Shown one piece after another: positions 12,137 through 23,677 of a DNA stretch of 64,000 nucleotides (positions are counted from its first letter, which is position 1; each line of letters opens with the position of its first letter). The notes beneath the pieces were generated by a model. That model did no database searches. It saw only the letters and a list, made by a program, of their open reading frames with translations, and was not told the DNA's origin. The position numbers were made by a program, and so were the translations under genes. Source of the stretch: Malacoraja senta (lineage: Eukaryota); NCBI GenBank assembly GCA_038087875.1, contig CM075992.1, positions 3,846,001-3,910,000 on the forward strand, given 5' to 3'.

Positions 12137-12718
12137 CACAACCTTGGACCACACCTGGAGTATTGTGTGCAGTTTTGGTCCCCTAATTTGTGGAAGGACA
12201 TTCTTGCTATTGAGGGAGTGCAGCGTAGGTTTACAAGGTTAATTCCCGGGAAGGCGGGACTGTCATATGCTGAGAGAATGGAGCGGCTGGGCTTGTACAC
12301 TGTGGAGTTTAGAACGATGAGAGGATATCTTATTGAAACATATAAGATTGTTAAGGGTTTGGACACGCTAGAGGCAGGAAACATGTTCCCGATGTTGGGG
12401 GAGTCCAGAACCAGGGGCCACAGTTTAAGAATAAGTGGTAAGCCATTTAGAATGGAGATGAGGAAACACTTTTTCACACAGAGTTGTGAGTCTGTGGTAT
12501 TCTCTGCCTCAGTGGGCAGTGGAGGCCGGTTCTGTGGATGCTTTCAAGAGAGAGTTAGATAGAGCTCTTAAAGATAGCGGAGTCAAGGGATATGGGGAGA
12601 AGGCAGGAACTGGGTACTGATTGGGGATGATCAGCCATGATCACATTGAATGGTGGTGCTGGCTCGAAGGGCCGAATGGCCTACTCCTGCACTTATTGTC
12701 TATTATCTATTATCTATT
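12137..12718 (+). mobile_element. CR1 LINE 3' fragment
   Basis: PHLEYCVQFWSP...TRGHSLRI with (TCTATTG/A)n tail. Similar copies at 18675-19045, 32105-32332, 38378-38760 (-), 44218-44590 and 61720-62013. Confidence 0.92.
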
Positions 12719-13215
12719 ACCTTGACTATTGATCAAAGGAAATCAATTTTAAATCTCACTCATGTGCTGGAGAAAGAAAAATGAAACGGATTAATTAAAT
12801 GTAAATTCGTCATCAGAATATTAGCGATAACGTTCTGAACATAAATGGCATTTATCCATAATGGTGGTTCTTATTTTTTTTTTTTTTAAATTTGTATTTT
12901 ATTAGAAGTACATTACATTACAACCACATACATTAGTACTTGTCATTTATATCTTCTTACAATTAATGTACTCCATTTATTTTTTACACTAGAAAAGGAA
13001 AAGATTGAAAGAAAGAAGAAAGTGAAGGAAAAAGTGCTTATTTTAACTGTTGATTAAAACCCAACTGGTTCAATAATGTTGAAACAAGGAACTGCAGATG
13101 CTCATTTACAAAAAAAGGACACAAAGTGCTGGAGTAACTCAGCGGCTCAGGAGAACAAGGGTAAGGTCGAGGCCTTTCCCCGAGGGAAGTCATTTTCTTG
13201 AGATATTTTCTAACA

Positions 13216-13226
13216 GTGACTCAGCA
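13216..13226 (+). promoter_or_regulatory. Antioxidant response element (NRF2/sMaf) in GCLM-like intron 1
   Basis: GTGACTCAGCA, perfect RTGACnnnGCA with AP-1 core. Confidence 0.55.
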
Positions 13227-14374
13227 TTCAAGTGAAATCATCGGCCCAAACCTCTAAGTAGCTGCATGATAAAATCTCAATCTGAAACGTGACTTAAGCC
13301 ACGTTCTCCAGAAATGCTGGCTGACTCGCTGAGTTACTCCAGCATGCTGTGTCTTGTTTTTGGATCAATAGTTTAGTTTAGTTTAGAGATAGCAGACACT
13401 ATGGCCCATGGAGTCCGTGCCGACCAGCGATCACCCCGTACACTAGCATTATCCTACCCACTAGGGATAATTGACAATTTTTACCAAAGCCAATTAACCA
13501 ACAAACCTGCACGTCTTTGGAATGTGGGAGGAAACCGGAGCACCCGGAGAACGAACAGGGAGAACGTACAAACTCCCTACAGACAGCACCCTTGGTCGGG
13601 ATCGAACCCGGGTCTGTAAGGCAACAACTCAGACAGTCATTTCACTGACTGGATAGCGCGCAATAAAAAAATCTTTTCACTGCACCTTGGTGAACATGAC
13701 AACAATAATGATAAACTAATTCCAAACTCACTAATGGCCAAACCAACACCACATTACAAATTGTACCGGGGTAAATATTGGATGATCAATAAACATTGTC
13801 CATGCCGGCATTGCCCTCTTCTGGTGAAATAATTAATACTATATATTCTGGTTCAAATTAGTCATTCTGTCAGCTAACTCTATTTGGTATTCGCTAACTG
13901 TAAAAACCTTACGGTTACAACTGCATGCACATTTTTTCTTGGATGCCAGAGGAGGTAGTTGAGGTTGGGACTATCGCAACGCTTAAGAAACAGTTAGACA
14001 GGTACATGGATAGGACAGGTTTGGAGGTATATGGGCCAAACGCAGGTAGATGACTATGGTAGAATCAAATACTAGAAGGCATAGCTTTAAGGTGAGTTTC
14101 GAATCTCAACCAAGGGTGGCACGGGGGCGCAACGGTGGAGCTACTGCCTTGCTGCGCCAGGGACCCGAGTTTGTTCCTGACTACGGGTGCTGTTTGTACC
14201 GATCAGACCACGTGTGGAATCCCGTGCTCGGGGAAAACCCTGGAATCGGGATAAAGTGCCGGGAATTTCCACAAACCGACATTTGAAAGCACAGTTCCCA
14301 ATGGCCCATTAACCTCAGCCCTCCGCAGCATCGCGTACAACAGGTCCCACCGTGAGCCCCACACCACACACTAC

Positions 14375-14518
14375 CTCTTGCTCTGGCGTCACGGGATGGC
14401 GTCTTGCAGAGTTGCACCACCTCACCACGTTCCCCGTACACATGGTGAGTGATTTTGCCACGCTGAAGTCCAATAGCCCTGAGCTGAAACCAGTCGTCTC
14501 TGGGACCAGAGCTTCCAT
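14375..14518 (-). CDS. GCLM: GCLM-like gene, coding exon 1 (MEALVPETTGFSSGLLDFSVAKSLTMCTGNVVRWCNSARRHPVTPEQE)
   Basis: ATG at 14518, 144 nt, ends GAG|GTAGTG (phase 0). The TGN-xx-xW...E motif aligns with the GCLM N-terminus (LHLQTGNLLNWG...HSEE). A candidate acceptor (ttgtaccag) at 14535 suggests an upstream non-coding exon. Confidence 0.8.
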
Positions 14519-14687
14519 GTTCACCGATATCAAGCTGGTACAAATTTTAAACCAAACTAAACTAAAGCTGAACGTTGGATGGATGAAGAAGGGTCTTGGC
14601 CCAAAACGTCACCTATTCCTTCAACTTCTCTCCAGAGATGCTGTCTGACCCACTGAGTTACTCCAGCATTTTGTGTCTATCTGCAAT

Positions 14688-15165
14688 CTAAACTAAACTC
14701 AGCTCAACTAAACAATTCAACTAAATTAAACCCAACGCAACTAAACTTAACTCATCTAAACTTAACTCAACTAAACTTAACTCATCTAAACTTAACTCAA
14801 CTAAACTTAACTCAACTAAACTTAACTCATCTAAACTTAACTCATCTAAACTTATCTCATCTAAACTTACCTCATCTAAACTTAACTCATCTAAACTTAA
14901 CTCATCAAAACAACTCAACTAAACTTAACTCCGTTAAACTTAACTCAGCTAAACTTAACTCAACTAAACTTAACTCCGTTAAACTTAACTCATCTAAACT
15001 TAACTCATCGAAACAACTCAACTAAACTTAACTTAGCTAAACTTAACTCATCGAAACTTAACTCATCGAAACTTAACTCAACTAAACTTAACTCAACTAA
15101 ACTTAATTCATCCAAACGTAACTCATCTAAACTGAATGAAATTAAACAGCTCAACTAAACTCAAC
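14688..15165. repeat. 15-bp minisatellite (CTAAACTTAACTCAT/A)
   Basis: About 30 imperfect units resembling an expanded (CTAAA)n SINE tail; lies between the putative promoter and coding exon 1 of GCLM-like. Confidence 0.92.
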
Positions 15166-15250
15166 ATCCCTTCAATGAAAGTAGTTTCATTTCCACGCCG
15201 TTTTCTGATGATCAGTACTCCACAGTGACACCAGGCTGCCTGCTGTGATG

Positions 15251-15422
15251 ATTATATAATGAGAACCAGCTCTGGGATACCGACCAAACACAAGGAGGAG
15301 GCAGGTCGCAACCAGGCACTTTCCTGAACTCCTCAGCCAATGATCAAAGCTAGGCGGAGACCTCACTCACATGCTGAGTCACTGTTGACTGTTGGGTGAT
15401 CTGTCAACTGAATGACTCTGCA
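15251..15422 (-). promoter_or_regulatory. Putative GCLM-like core promoter: TATA-like, CCAAT and two AREs
   Basis: ATTATATAAT 15251-15260, CCAAT 15337-15341, TGCTGAGTCAC 15372-15382 and ATGACTCTGCA 15412-15422, in non-repetitive sequence and in the order expected for minus-strand transcription. Confidence 0.6.
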
Positions 15423-15920
15423 GAATCCTGCTCTCCTCTCACCCTGGGCACTAATTACTGCACAGTAAGAGGGCGGCACAGTGGTAAAGTTGCTGCCTCA
15501 TGGTGCCAGAGACCCGGGTTCGATCCTGACTACAGGTGCTGTCTCTGTGGAGCTTGTACGTTCTCCCAAAGACGTGTGGATTTGTTGGCTAATTGGCTTC
15601 TTTAAATTGGCCCTAGTGTGTAGGATTAAACTAGTGTGTGGGTGGTCACTGGTCAGAGATGGTTTGCTGTCTCACAGCGCCAGAGACCCGGGTTCGATCC
15701 TGACTACGGGTGCTGTTGGTACGGAGTTTTTGTACGTTCTCCCTGTGAGCGCGTGGGTTTTCTCCGGGTGCTCCAGTTTGGGTTTGTAGGTTAATTGGCT
15801 TCTGTAAATTGTCCCTAGTGTGTCGGATAGAGCTGGCGTATGTGTGATCACTGGTCAGTGCAGTCTCGGCTGGCCGAAGGGCCTGTTTCTATGCTGTATC
15901 TCTAATATAAAATTGGTGAA

Positions 15921-15931
15921 ATGACTGTGCA
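15921..15931 (+). promoter_or_regulatory. Antioxidant response element upstream of GCLM-like
   Basis: ATGACTGTGCA matches RTGACnnnGCA. Confidence 0.45.
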
Positions 15932-16264
15932 GAATTCTAGGAAACCTTCCATTATAGACCTAAGCAGAGCTGTACATTAATTTAGATCATTCATTAGATC
16001 ACAAAAACGAGATCATAGACCATAGAACAGTACGGCACAGGAACAGGCCCTTCGGCCCACAATGTCCGTGCCAAACATCACGCCAGGTTATACTAACCCA
16101 CTCTGCCTGCACGTGATCCATATCCCTCCATTTCATGCACACCCATGTCTAAAAGCCTCTTAAACACACCAATCGTATCTGCCTCCACCACCACCCCAGG
16201 CAGGGCGATACAGTCACCCACTGTGTGGAGTTTGCACGTTCTCCCCGTGACCTGCGTGGGTTTT

Positions 16265-16464
16265 NNNNNNNNNNNNNNNNNNNNNNNNNNNNNNNNNNNN
16301 NNNNNNNNNNNNNNNNNNNNNNNNNNNNNNNNNNNNNNNNNNNNNNNNNNNNNNNNNNNNNNNNNNNNNNNNNNNNNNNNNNNNNNNNNNNNNNNNNNNN
16401 NNNNNNNNNNNNNNNNNNNNNNNNNNNNNNNNNNNNNNNNNNNNNNNNNNNNNNNNNNNNNNNN
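16265..16464. other. Assembly gap (200 N)
   Basis: Run of exactly 200 N, likely a placeholder of unknown true size. Confidence 0.99.
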
Positions 16465-19400
16465 CGACCCGAAACATCACCCATTCCTTCTCTCCAGAGC
16501 TGCGGCCTGTCCCGCTGAGTTACTCCAGCATTTTGTGTCTATCTTCGGTTTAAACTAGCATCTGCAGTTCCTTCCTTCACCTCGTGAATTAGAGATGTTG
16601 GAATTCTAGGTTATGGGCAGAATCTGACTACTGTTTGTAGGATCTAAGAGGCCAACACATTGGGTGGATACAGAGAGACCATCTTCAACAGTGCGATCTG
16701 AAAAAGGGTCTCGACCTGAAACATCACCCATTCCTTCTCTCCAGAGCTGCGGCCTGTCCCGCTGAGTTACCCCCGCATTTTGTGCCTATCTAGAGTTTAA
16801 ACAATATTTGAATAACTGGAAGCAATTGAATTAACTCATGTTTAAAGGTTTCACGTACAATAAATGCAGCAGATTTTTGGACAACAGATTGCTAACATAT
16901 CCTGACACTTTGTGACAGGTACAATGTTGAAGTGAAACACATCAAGGTGACAACGGCAGATTATTTATTCCGTTTAACGGAGAAGAGAGCCTTTAAGTCA
17001 TTACTGGTGAGTATGAACTTCAATTAGTTGTCTCTGGAGATCATATATAGACACATAGACATAGACAATAGGTGCAGCAGTAGGCCAAAATATGCTCTTC
17101 TTCTTCAGAAAGCATCTCTGTCCCGCTGAGTTACTCCATCTTTTTGTGTCTATCTTTGGTGTTCACCAGCTTCTGCAGTTCCTTCCTACACATGCTCTTC
17201 GAAATAGTGAGTGGGACATTCTTAACGAGAAAGCAGTGGAGACCTTACCTTAAGGACAGGAGAGTCTTGTTCAACCCACACTATTAAATAAATAAGGAAT
17301 AAAAAAATTAGCGACTTTAGACTTTAGAGATACAGGCCCATCAAAGCCAATTAACCTACAAATCAGTCTGAAGAAGGGTTTCGGCCCGAAACGTTGCCAT
17401 AGATGCTGCCTCACCCGCTGAGTTTCTCCAGCATTTTTGTCTACCTTCGATTTTCCAGCATCTGCAGGTCCTTCTTAAACAGGTCCAATTGAACTTCTTC
17501 CAGTTGCCACTAGGTGGCTGCAGATTACACACCTTTCAGAAACATTCATTCTCTTTGTCTTTCTGCATATGCTGCCTAATTTTTATTAGTTTAGTTTAGA
17601 GTGACAACTCGGCCCACCGACCAGCGATCCCCGCACACTAACGCTATCCTACACACACAAGGGACAATTTACATTTATACCAAGCCAATTAACCTACAAA
17701 CCCGTACGTCTTTGGAGTGTGGGAGGAAACGGAAGATTCGGCTGGAAGGGCCGAACGGCCTGCACCTATTTTCTATGTTTCTATGTTTCTATCTCGGAAA
17801 AAACACACGCTGTCATGGGGAGAACGTGCAAACTCCGTACAGACAGCACCCGTAGTCAGGATCGGACCGGGTGTCTGGCACTGCAAGCGCTGTAAGGCAG
17901 CAACTCCACCGCTGTGCCACTCTGCAAAGTGTTTGAAGAGTCAAGAGTTTTTTATTGTCATATGACCAGGAATGGTACAAAGAAAATTCCTCCCTTCAAC
18001 AGGTATGTAAACAAAGTACTCAGTAAACACAGTACTCAGTAAACACCATCATAAACATGAAAATATTTTTTTTTTTAAGTGCAGAAACCAAGAACAAAGC
18101 CTGAAGTCTTTAACGCAATCAAGACAGTTTGTAGTTTGGAGTTTAGTTGGAGTTTGTGGCATTCAATAGCCTGACGGCTGCAGGGAAGAAGCTGTTACTG
18201 AACCTGGACGTTACAGTTTACAGACTCCTGTACCTTCTTCCCGATGGCAAGGGGTGAGATGAGAGTTCGGTTTTTTATTTCAGACTTCCAGCATCTGCGA
18301 GATTCTTCCATGGATCTCTCGTCATTCCATCCGGAAATGGACAGAGGGGTCAGTCAGATGTTGGGCTGTCTTAGAATCTGATTTGGTTCCTGTATCTGTG
18401 CTGACTGTTTGATGTTTGTCAGAGCGCAGGGTGAAAAATGGGGAAGAGGAAGTGGCCTCAGAAGGGGGATTGTGAGGCAGAAGCAACTGTGTGTTGGAGA
18501 GGAGAGGCCACTGCTGGAGGTATTCGGGCAACATCAGAAGGTGGTGGGAATCAAGTTGGGCAAGCACAAACTCTAGTTGTTATTGCCACTAGGTTATCAA
18601 AATCCAGTCCGTGCTCTAGTTGTGATGAGTGGTGCCCGTTCCAGGCGAGCCCCAGGCTGCTGTAGGGCCTCCTTGAAACATATAAGATTGTTAAGGGTTT
18701 GGACATGTTCCCGATGTTGGGGGAGTCCAGAACCAGGGGCCACAGTTTAAGAACAAGGGGTAAGCCATTTAGAACGGAGACGAGGAAACACTTTTTCTCA
18801 CAGAGAGTTGTGAGTCTGTGGAATTTTCTGCCTCAGAGGGCGGTGGAGGCCAGTTCTCTGGATGCTTTCAAGAGAGAGCTAGATAGGGCTCTTAAAAATA
18901 GCGGAGTCAGGGGATATGGGGAGAAGGCAGGAACGGGGTACTGATTGGGGATGATCAGCCATGTTCACATTGAATGGCGGTGCTGGCTCGAAGGGCCGAA
19001 TGGCCTACTCCTGCACCTATTGTCTATTGTCTATTGTCTATTGTCTTCCTTGGGCATGTGGATCGACCAGCGACCCCACGCCCCTCTCCTCTCCCGTCCA
19101 CTTTTGCCCCCCCCCAGGGGCGCGAGCCCCCTGCAGCCAATCTCGAGGGCACGGTGGGCCAGACACCGGTTCCTCTCCTCTCCCACCGGCTTCGCTCCTC
19201 GCCCATCTGCATCCTTCCTTGTCACCGGTTCCATCCCGGTTCCTCCGTCCCCCTTCAGGTGAAGAGCAGGGGCTGGCTCAGCAGCTCCCCCTGCAGGCCG
19301 CGGCGGGTCCACCGGGTCTTGCGTTCGGCCGCGGGGGACCGGCTCGGTGGCTCCCCCTAAAGGCCACGGTGCTCTGGGACCCTTTTTTGAAGAGCTCACA

Positions 19401-19684
19401 GGTTTGACAATCGTCGCAGGGTAGAGTCCTGGTTTGCGGTGTGGAATTGGTTGTAAATCCTTGTGAGCCCTCAGAGTTAATGCTGAACATCCTGAGGTGT
19501 CATTCTTTGGATGAGTCAATAAAGCAAGTCTTCGGTTTCAGTTCAGTTTATTGTCACGTATACCGAGGTACAGTGACAATCTTTTGTTGCGTGCTAACCA
19601 GCCAGCGGAAACACAACACATGATTACCATCGAGCCGTCCACAGTGTACAGATACATGATAAGGGAATAACATGAATAACATTT

Positions 19685-20240
19685 AAGTTCAAGTTCAAGT
19701 CAAGTGAGTTTATTGTCATGTGTCCCAGACAGGACAATGAAATTCTTGCTTTGCTTCAGCACAACAGAATATAGTAGGCATAAATAAATACAGATCAGAT
19801 CAGTGTGTCCATGTACCAATGAATATATATATACACACATAAATAAGCAGATAAAATGCAATGGGCTATTAAAGTTCCGATTTTTGTTTGAGTTGAGTTT
19901 AATAGCCTGATGGCTGTGGGGAAGTAGCTGTTCCTGAACCTGGTCGTTGCAGTCTTCAGGCTCCTGTACCTTCTACCTGAAGGTAGTAGGGAGATGAGTG
20001 AGTGGCCAGGATGGTGTGGGTCCTTGATGATGCTGCCAGCCTTTTTGAGGCAGCGACTGCGATAGATCCCCTCGATGGAAGGGAGGTCAGAGCCGATGAT
20101 GGACTGGGCAGTGTTTACAACTTTCTGCAGTCTTTTCCGCTCCTGGGCGCTCAAGTTGCCGAACCAAGCCACGATGCAACCGGTCAGCATGCTCTCTACT
20201 GTGCACCTGTAGAGGTTCGAGACAGTTCTCCTGGACATAC
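19685..20240 (-). mobile_element. Rex1/Babar LINE 3' fragment
   Basis: YRCTVESMLTGCIVAWFGN...LLPSGRRYRSLKT; (CAAGT)n tail on +. Similar copies at 28443-28930 and 40125-40630. Confidence 0.88.
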
Positions 20241-21879
20241 CGTCACAAGATAGTGAAGCCAGTAATGTCCGATCCAGTCCGAAAGCAGTTCAGGACTGCT
20301 CTCAAGTTGCAGTAGGATGGTTCAGTTGCCTGATAACAGCTGTCCCTGAATCTAGAGGTGTGCGTTTTCACACTTCTATACCATTTGCCTGATGGGAGAG
20401 GGGAGAAGAGGGAGTGGCCAGGGCGCGACTGGTCCTTGATTATGCTGCTGGCCTTGCCGAGGCAGCGTGAGATGCAGGTGGAGCCAATGGAAGGGAGGTT
20501 GGTTTGTGTGATGGTCTGGGCTGCCTCCTCTCAGCTGGAAGCAGGAACATACACAGAGAGATACAGGGAGGAATCAGCCCCTTCAGTTCAAGTCCGCACC
20601 CACCGTCATCCTGTTTACAATGTTTAATTAACCTCAGTTTAAAAAAAATTCTCCCCACGTTCTCATCGACTTCCCACAATTTCTACCACTCATCTACGCA
20701 CTAGGGGTAATTTACTGTGGACAATTTGGGATGTGGGAGGAAACCGCATCACCCAGACGGTCACAGGGAGAATGTGCAAACTCCATACCAACAAAGGTTC
20801 ACCAGGTTAATTCCCGGGATGGCGGGACTGACAAACGTGATGTTTTGGTGACGTTTCGGGTCGAGACCCTTCTTCAGACTGAGAGTCTGGGGAGATGGAA
20901 AGGAGAGATATAGACGGTCCATAGAAAAACGAATGAATGAAAGAGATGCAAAAAAACAGCGATGATCAGGGGAAAGGTGAAGCCCACAATGGTCCGTTGT
21001 TGGCTGTGGGGAGGGTGATAACGAGTGATGCAGACTGCGAAACTCAACAGGACGACAGTGAAACTAGTACGACGACTAGGGCGGTGGGAGGGACTGAGAG
21101 AGGGGATGCAAGGGTTACTGGGAGTTAGATGTCCCGCTGATTAATCCAGGTTTTTGTGTCTGACTGGTTTATACCAGCATCTGCAGTTCCTTCCCACACA
21201 TTTAATGGTTATTGCTTAAGGCAGTGAGTAGGAGGAAGAAGCAAATTAGTAGGCTTTGGGGAAACAGAAGCACGCAGGAGCTTCAAAGAAATGAGGGACT
21301 TCCCCTTCCTTCCCTGAGTAAAGACTATTTGATCAATGACTCACGTGTTGCAAAGATAGACACAAAACGCTGGAGTAACTCAGCGGGACAGGCAGCATCT
21401 CTGGAGAGAAGGAATGGGTGACGTTTCGGGTCGAGACCCCTCTTCAGACTGGTTAGGGATAAGGGAAACGAGAGATATTGACGATGATGTAGAGAGATAA
21501 AGAACAATGAATGAAACACATAGAAACATAGAAAATAGGTGCAGGAGTAGGCCATTCGGCCCTTCGAGCCAGCACCACCATTCAATATGATCATGGCTGA
21601 TCATCCAAAATCAGTACGCCGTTCCTGCTTTTCAAGCCAAGTCAAGTCAAGTTTTATTCGTCACTTCCACATAAAGTGCAAGTGAAATGAAGTTGCCAGC
21701 AGCGGTACAATAAAAAAAATCCCCATATCCCTTGATTCCTTTAGCCCCGAGAGCTCTATCTAACTCTCCCTTGAAAACATCCAGTGACTTGGCCTCCACT
21801 GCCTCCTTCTGTGGCAGAGAATTCCACAGATTCACAACTCTCTGGGTGAAAATGTTTTTCCTCATTATGCAAAACAGTA

Positions 21880-22185
21880 ACGATGACAAACAAAGGAAGC
21901 AGGCTATTGTTTGCAAAGCCCTCTGGTGGTTGGCGTTCATCCAGACTACAAATCCCAGAGTGCTCTGCGGCTGAGCAAGCGAAGCTTTTATTCAAGTCTC
22001 GGCAGAGGAAGGAACTGGTGGTTAAGCAAGCTGCTGCTCTCTGCGGGAGGGAATAAAGAACGGAAGCGTAGCTAGCAGGTGCCTGGGTTTGTCTCGGCTG
22101 AATTCTCTCGTGCAACTGCTGTCGCCCTCTCTCCAACCCGCACCGGCTCGGCTCGGATCGGCTCGGCTTGACTTGGCAGTGGGAG
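21880..22185 (+). promoter_or_regulatory. VAV proximal promoter/5' UTR with ETS (GGAA) motifs
   Basis: Unique sequence directly upstream of the ATG with AGAGGAAGGAACT (~22004-22016), ACGGAAGC (~22060) and AAGGAAGC (~21893); no obvious TATA box and not a dense CpG island. Confidence 0.45.
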
Positions 22186-22389
22186 ATGGAGCATTGGAGG
22201 CAGTGTGCCAACTGGCTGATCATCTGTAAGGTGCTGCCGCCCAACCACCGCGTGACCTGGGACAACGCTCAAGTGTGTGACCTCGCCTGGGCGCTGAGGG
22301 ATGGGGTCCTTCTCTGCCAGCTTCTCAACAACCTGCAACCTCACTCCATCAACCTCAAGGAGATCAACCTACGACCTCAGATGTCCCAG
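22186..22389 (+). CDS. VAV-family guanine nucleotide exchange factor (VAV1/VAV3-like), coding exon 1, CH domain
   Basis: GAGATGG start, 204 nt, CAG|GTGGGT donor. [68 protein letters not shown] is a typical VAV N-terminus. Confidence 0.97.
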
Positions 22390-22524
22390 GTGGGTTCAAA
22401 CCCTTTGCTGACCCACCCCCCCCCCTTCCATCCCATCTCCACCTCGGTTCCCTTACCTCAGGCTGGTGGGCCTTGGGTTAGGGGTAAAGCCCCTCAGAAT
22501 GTCAGGCAGGGGCATGAATTGAAT

Positions 22525-22670
22525 TCTTCTTCTACTTCTTCTTGCGTATGGCGTGCACAGCCTAAAGTTGTAAGACAACTTGTTCTGTTTGATCTTGTGT
22601 TTGTGCACGCCGGGTTGATTGCATTCGTTGAAACAGGGTGGACCATATGAAGGTTGCAATCTCCCACCCC
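22525..22670 (-). mobile_element. Short (~146 bp) non-autonomous Ingi/Vingi-like retroelement with ribozyme head and (GAA)n tail
   Basis: 12-bp TSD CATGAATTGAAT (22513-22524, 22671-22682); tail CGCAAGAAGAAG; homologous copy at 31595-31735. Confidence 0.8.
22617..22670 (-). ncRNA. HDV-like self-cleaving ribozyme (predicted)
   Basis: GGGGUGG-GA-GAUUGCA-ACC-UUCAUAU-GGU-CCACCCU-GUUUCAA-CGAA-UGCAAUC: P1 7 bp with G1-U wobble, P2 7 bp, P3 3 bp, 7-nt L3, J4/2 CGAA. Confidence 0.8.
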
Positions 22671-22984
22671 CATGAATTGAATACATTTTATTAGCCAAAG
22701 GTAGACAAAAATGCTGGAGAAACTCAGCGGGTGAGGCAGTATCTATGGAGCGAAGGAAATAGGTCACCAATTCCTTCGCTCCATAGATGCTGCCTCACCC
22801 GCTGAGTTCCTCCAGCATTTTTGTCCACCTCCGATTTTTCCAGCATCTGCAGTTCTTTTTAAAAAATGTTATTAGCCAAGTATGTACTCATACAAGGAAT
22901 TTGCCTTGGTGCTTTGCTCGCAAGTAACAACACGAGATACAGTAGACAATAAAAAATAAAACATTATAATTTAATTATAATTTA

Positions 22985-23308
22985 AAGCCCTGTCCCACGG
23001 TACGAGTTCATTCCAAGAGCTCTCCCGAGTTTAAAAAATATCAAACTCGTGGTGAGCACGGAGAATGAACGTAGCGGGTACGTCGGAGCTCGGGGACGTC
23101 TCTTAGCGTGCACAGCCGGCAGGTACTCGGGAAGACTTGCTAACGGCAGGTAAGCACGGGAAGACTCGTGAAGATTTTTCAACACGTTGAAAAATGTCCA
23201 CGAGAGCCCCGAGTACCGACGAGCGGCCATTACCGTAAATCTCCGAGTTCGAATCAGGGCAAACTCGGGAGAGCTCTTGGAATGAACTCGTACCGTGGGA
23301 CAGGGGTT
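22985..23308. mobile_element. PIF/Harbinger-type MITE
   Basis: TIR CCCTGTCCCACGGTACGAGTTCATTCCAAGAGCTCTCCCGAGTT, TTA TSD; inverted sister copy at ~36431-36750 and a relative at ~25157-25426. Confidence 0.85.
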
Positions 23309-23677
23309 TTACCAAGACACTGAACCTGCAAACCCTGCAATTCACACACACGCCTCTTGCCTTTTCAACTCTGGCCTTTGTCCAACCATCTGCCGATCAG
23401 AATCTAAAGCCCCCTCCCTCACCAGTCTCAACCCATTACCTGCTAGACCTTGTCCTGCCCCTCCTCTCTTCCTGCTTTCATGCTCCCCCCGACAAGAAAG
23501 GTCCCTGACCCGAAATGTTCCCTGTCCATGTTGTCCAGGGATGCTACCTGACCTGCTGAGTTATTCCACCACTTTGTACCTACTTGTGGTTCACTTGTAA
23601 GAAATGCTTTGCTGGACTAAGGTATCTATCCCTAACCTTCCCCCCTGTTCCGGCCTGTACCAGTTATAAAAGACTGT

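Noticed and set aside
14721..14918. ORF with (LSLDE)n repeats resembling pentapeptide or LRR proteins
   Set aside because: Translation of the 15-bp minisatellite.
18300..19520. Possible extra gene between GCLM-like and VAV (ORFs 18322-18567 and 19031-19519)
   Set aside because: No recognisable homology or consistent exon chain; interrupted by a CR1 copy. A lncRNA cannot be excluded.
22168..22650. 160-aa single-exon reading of VAV with MTWQWE extension
   Set aside because: The ORF track starts at a TTG; the real start is ATG 22186, and homology ends at the splice donor at 22389.
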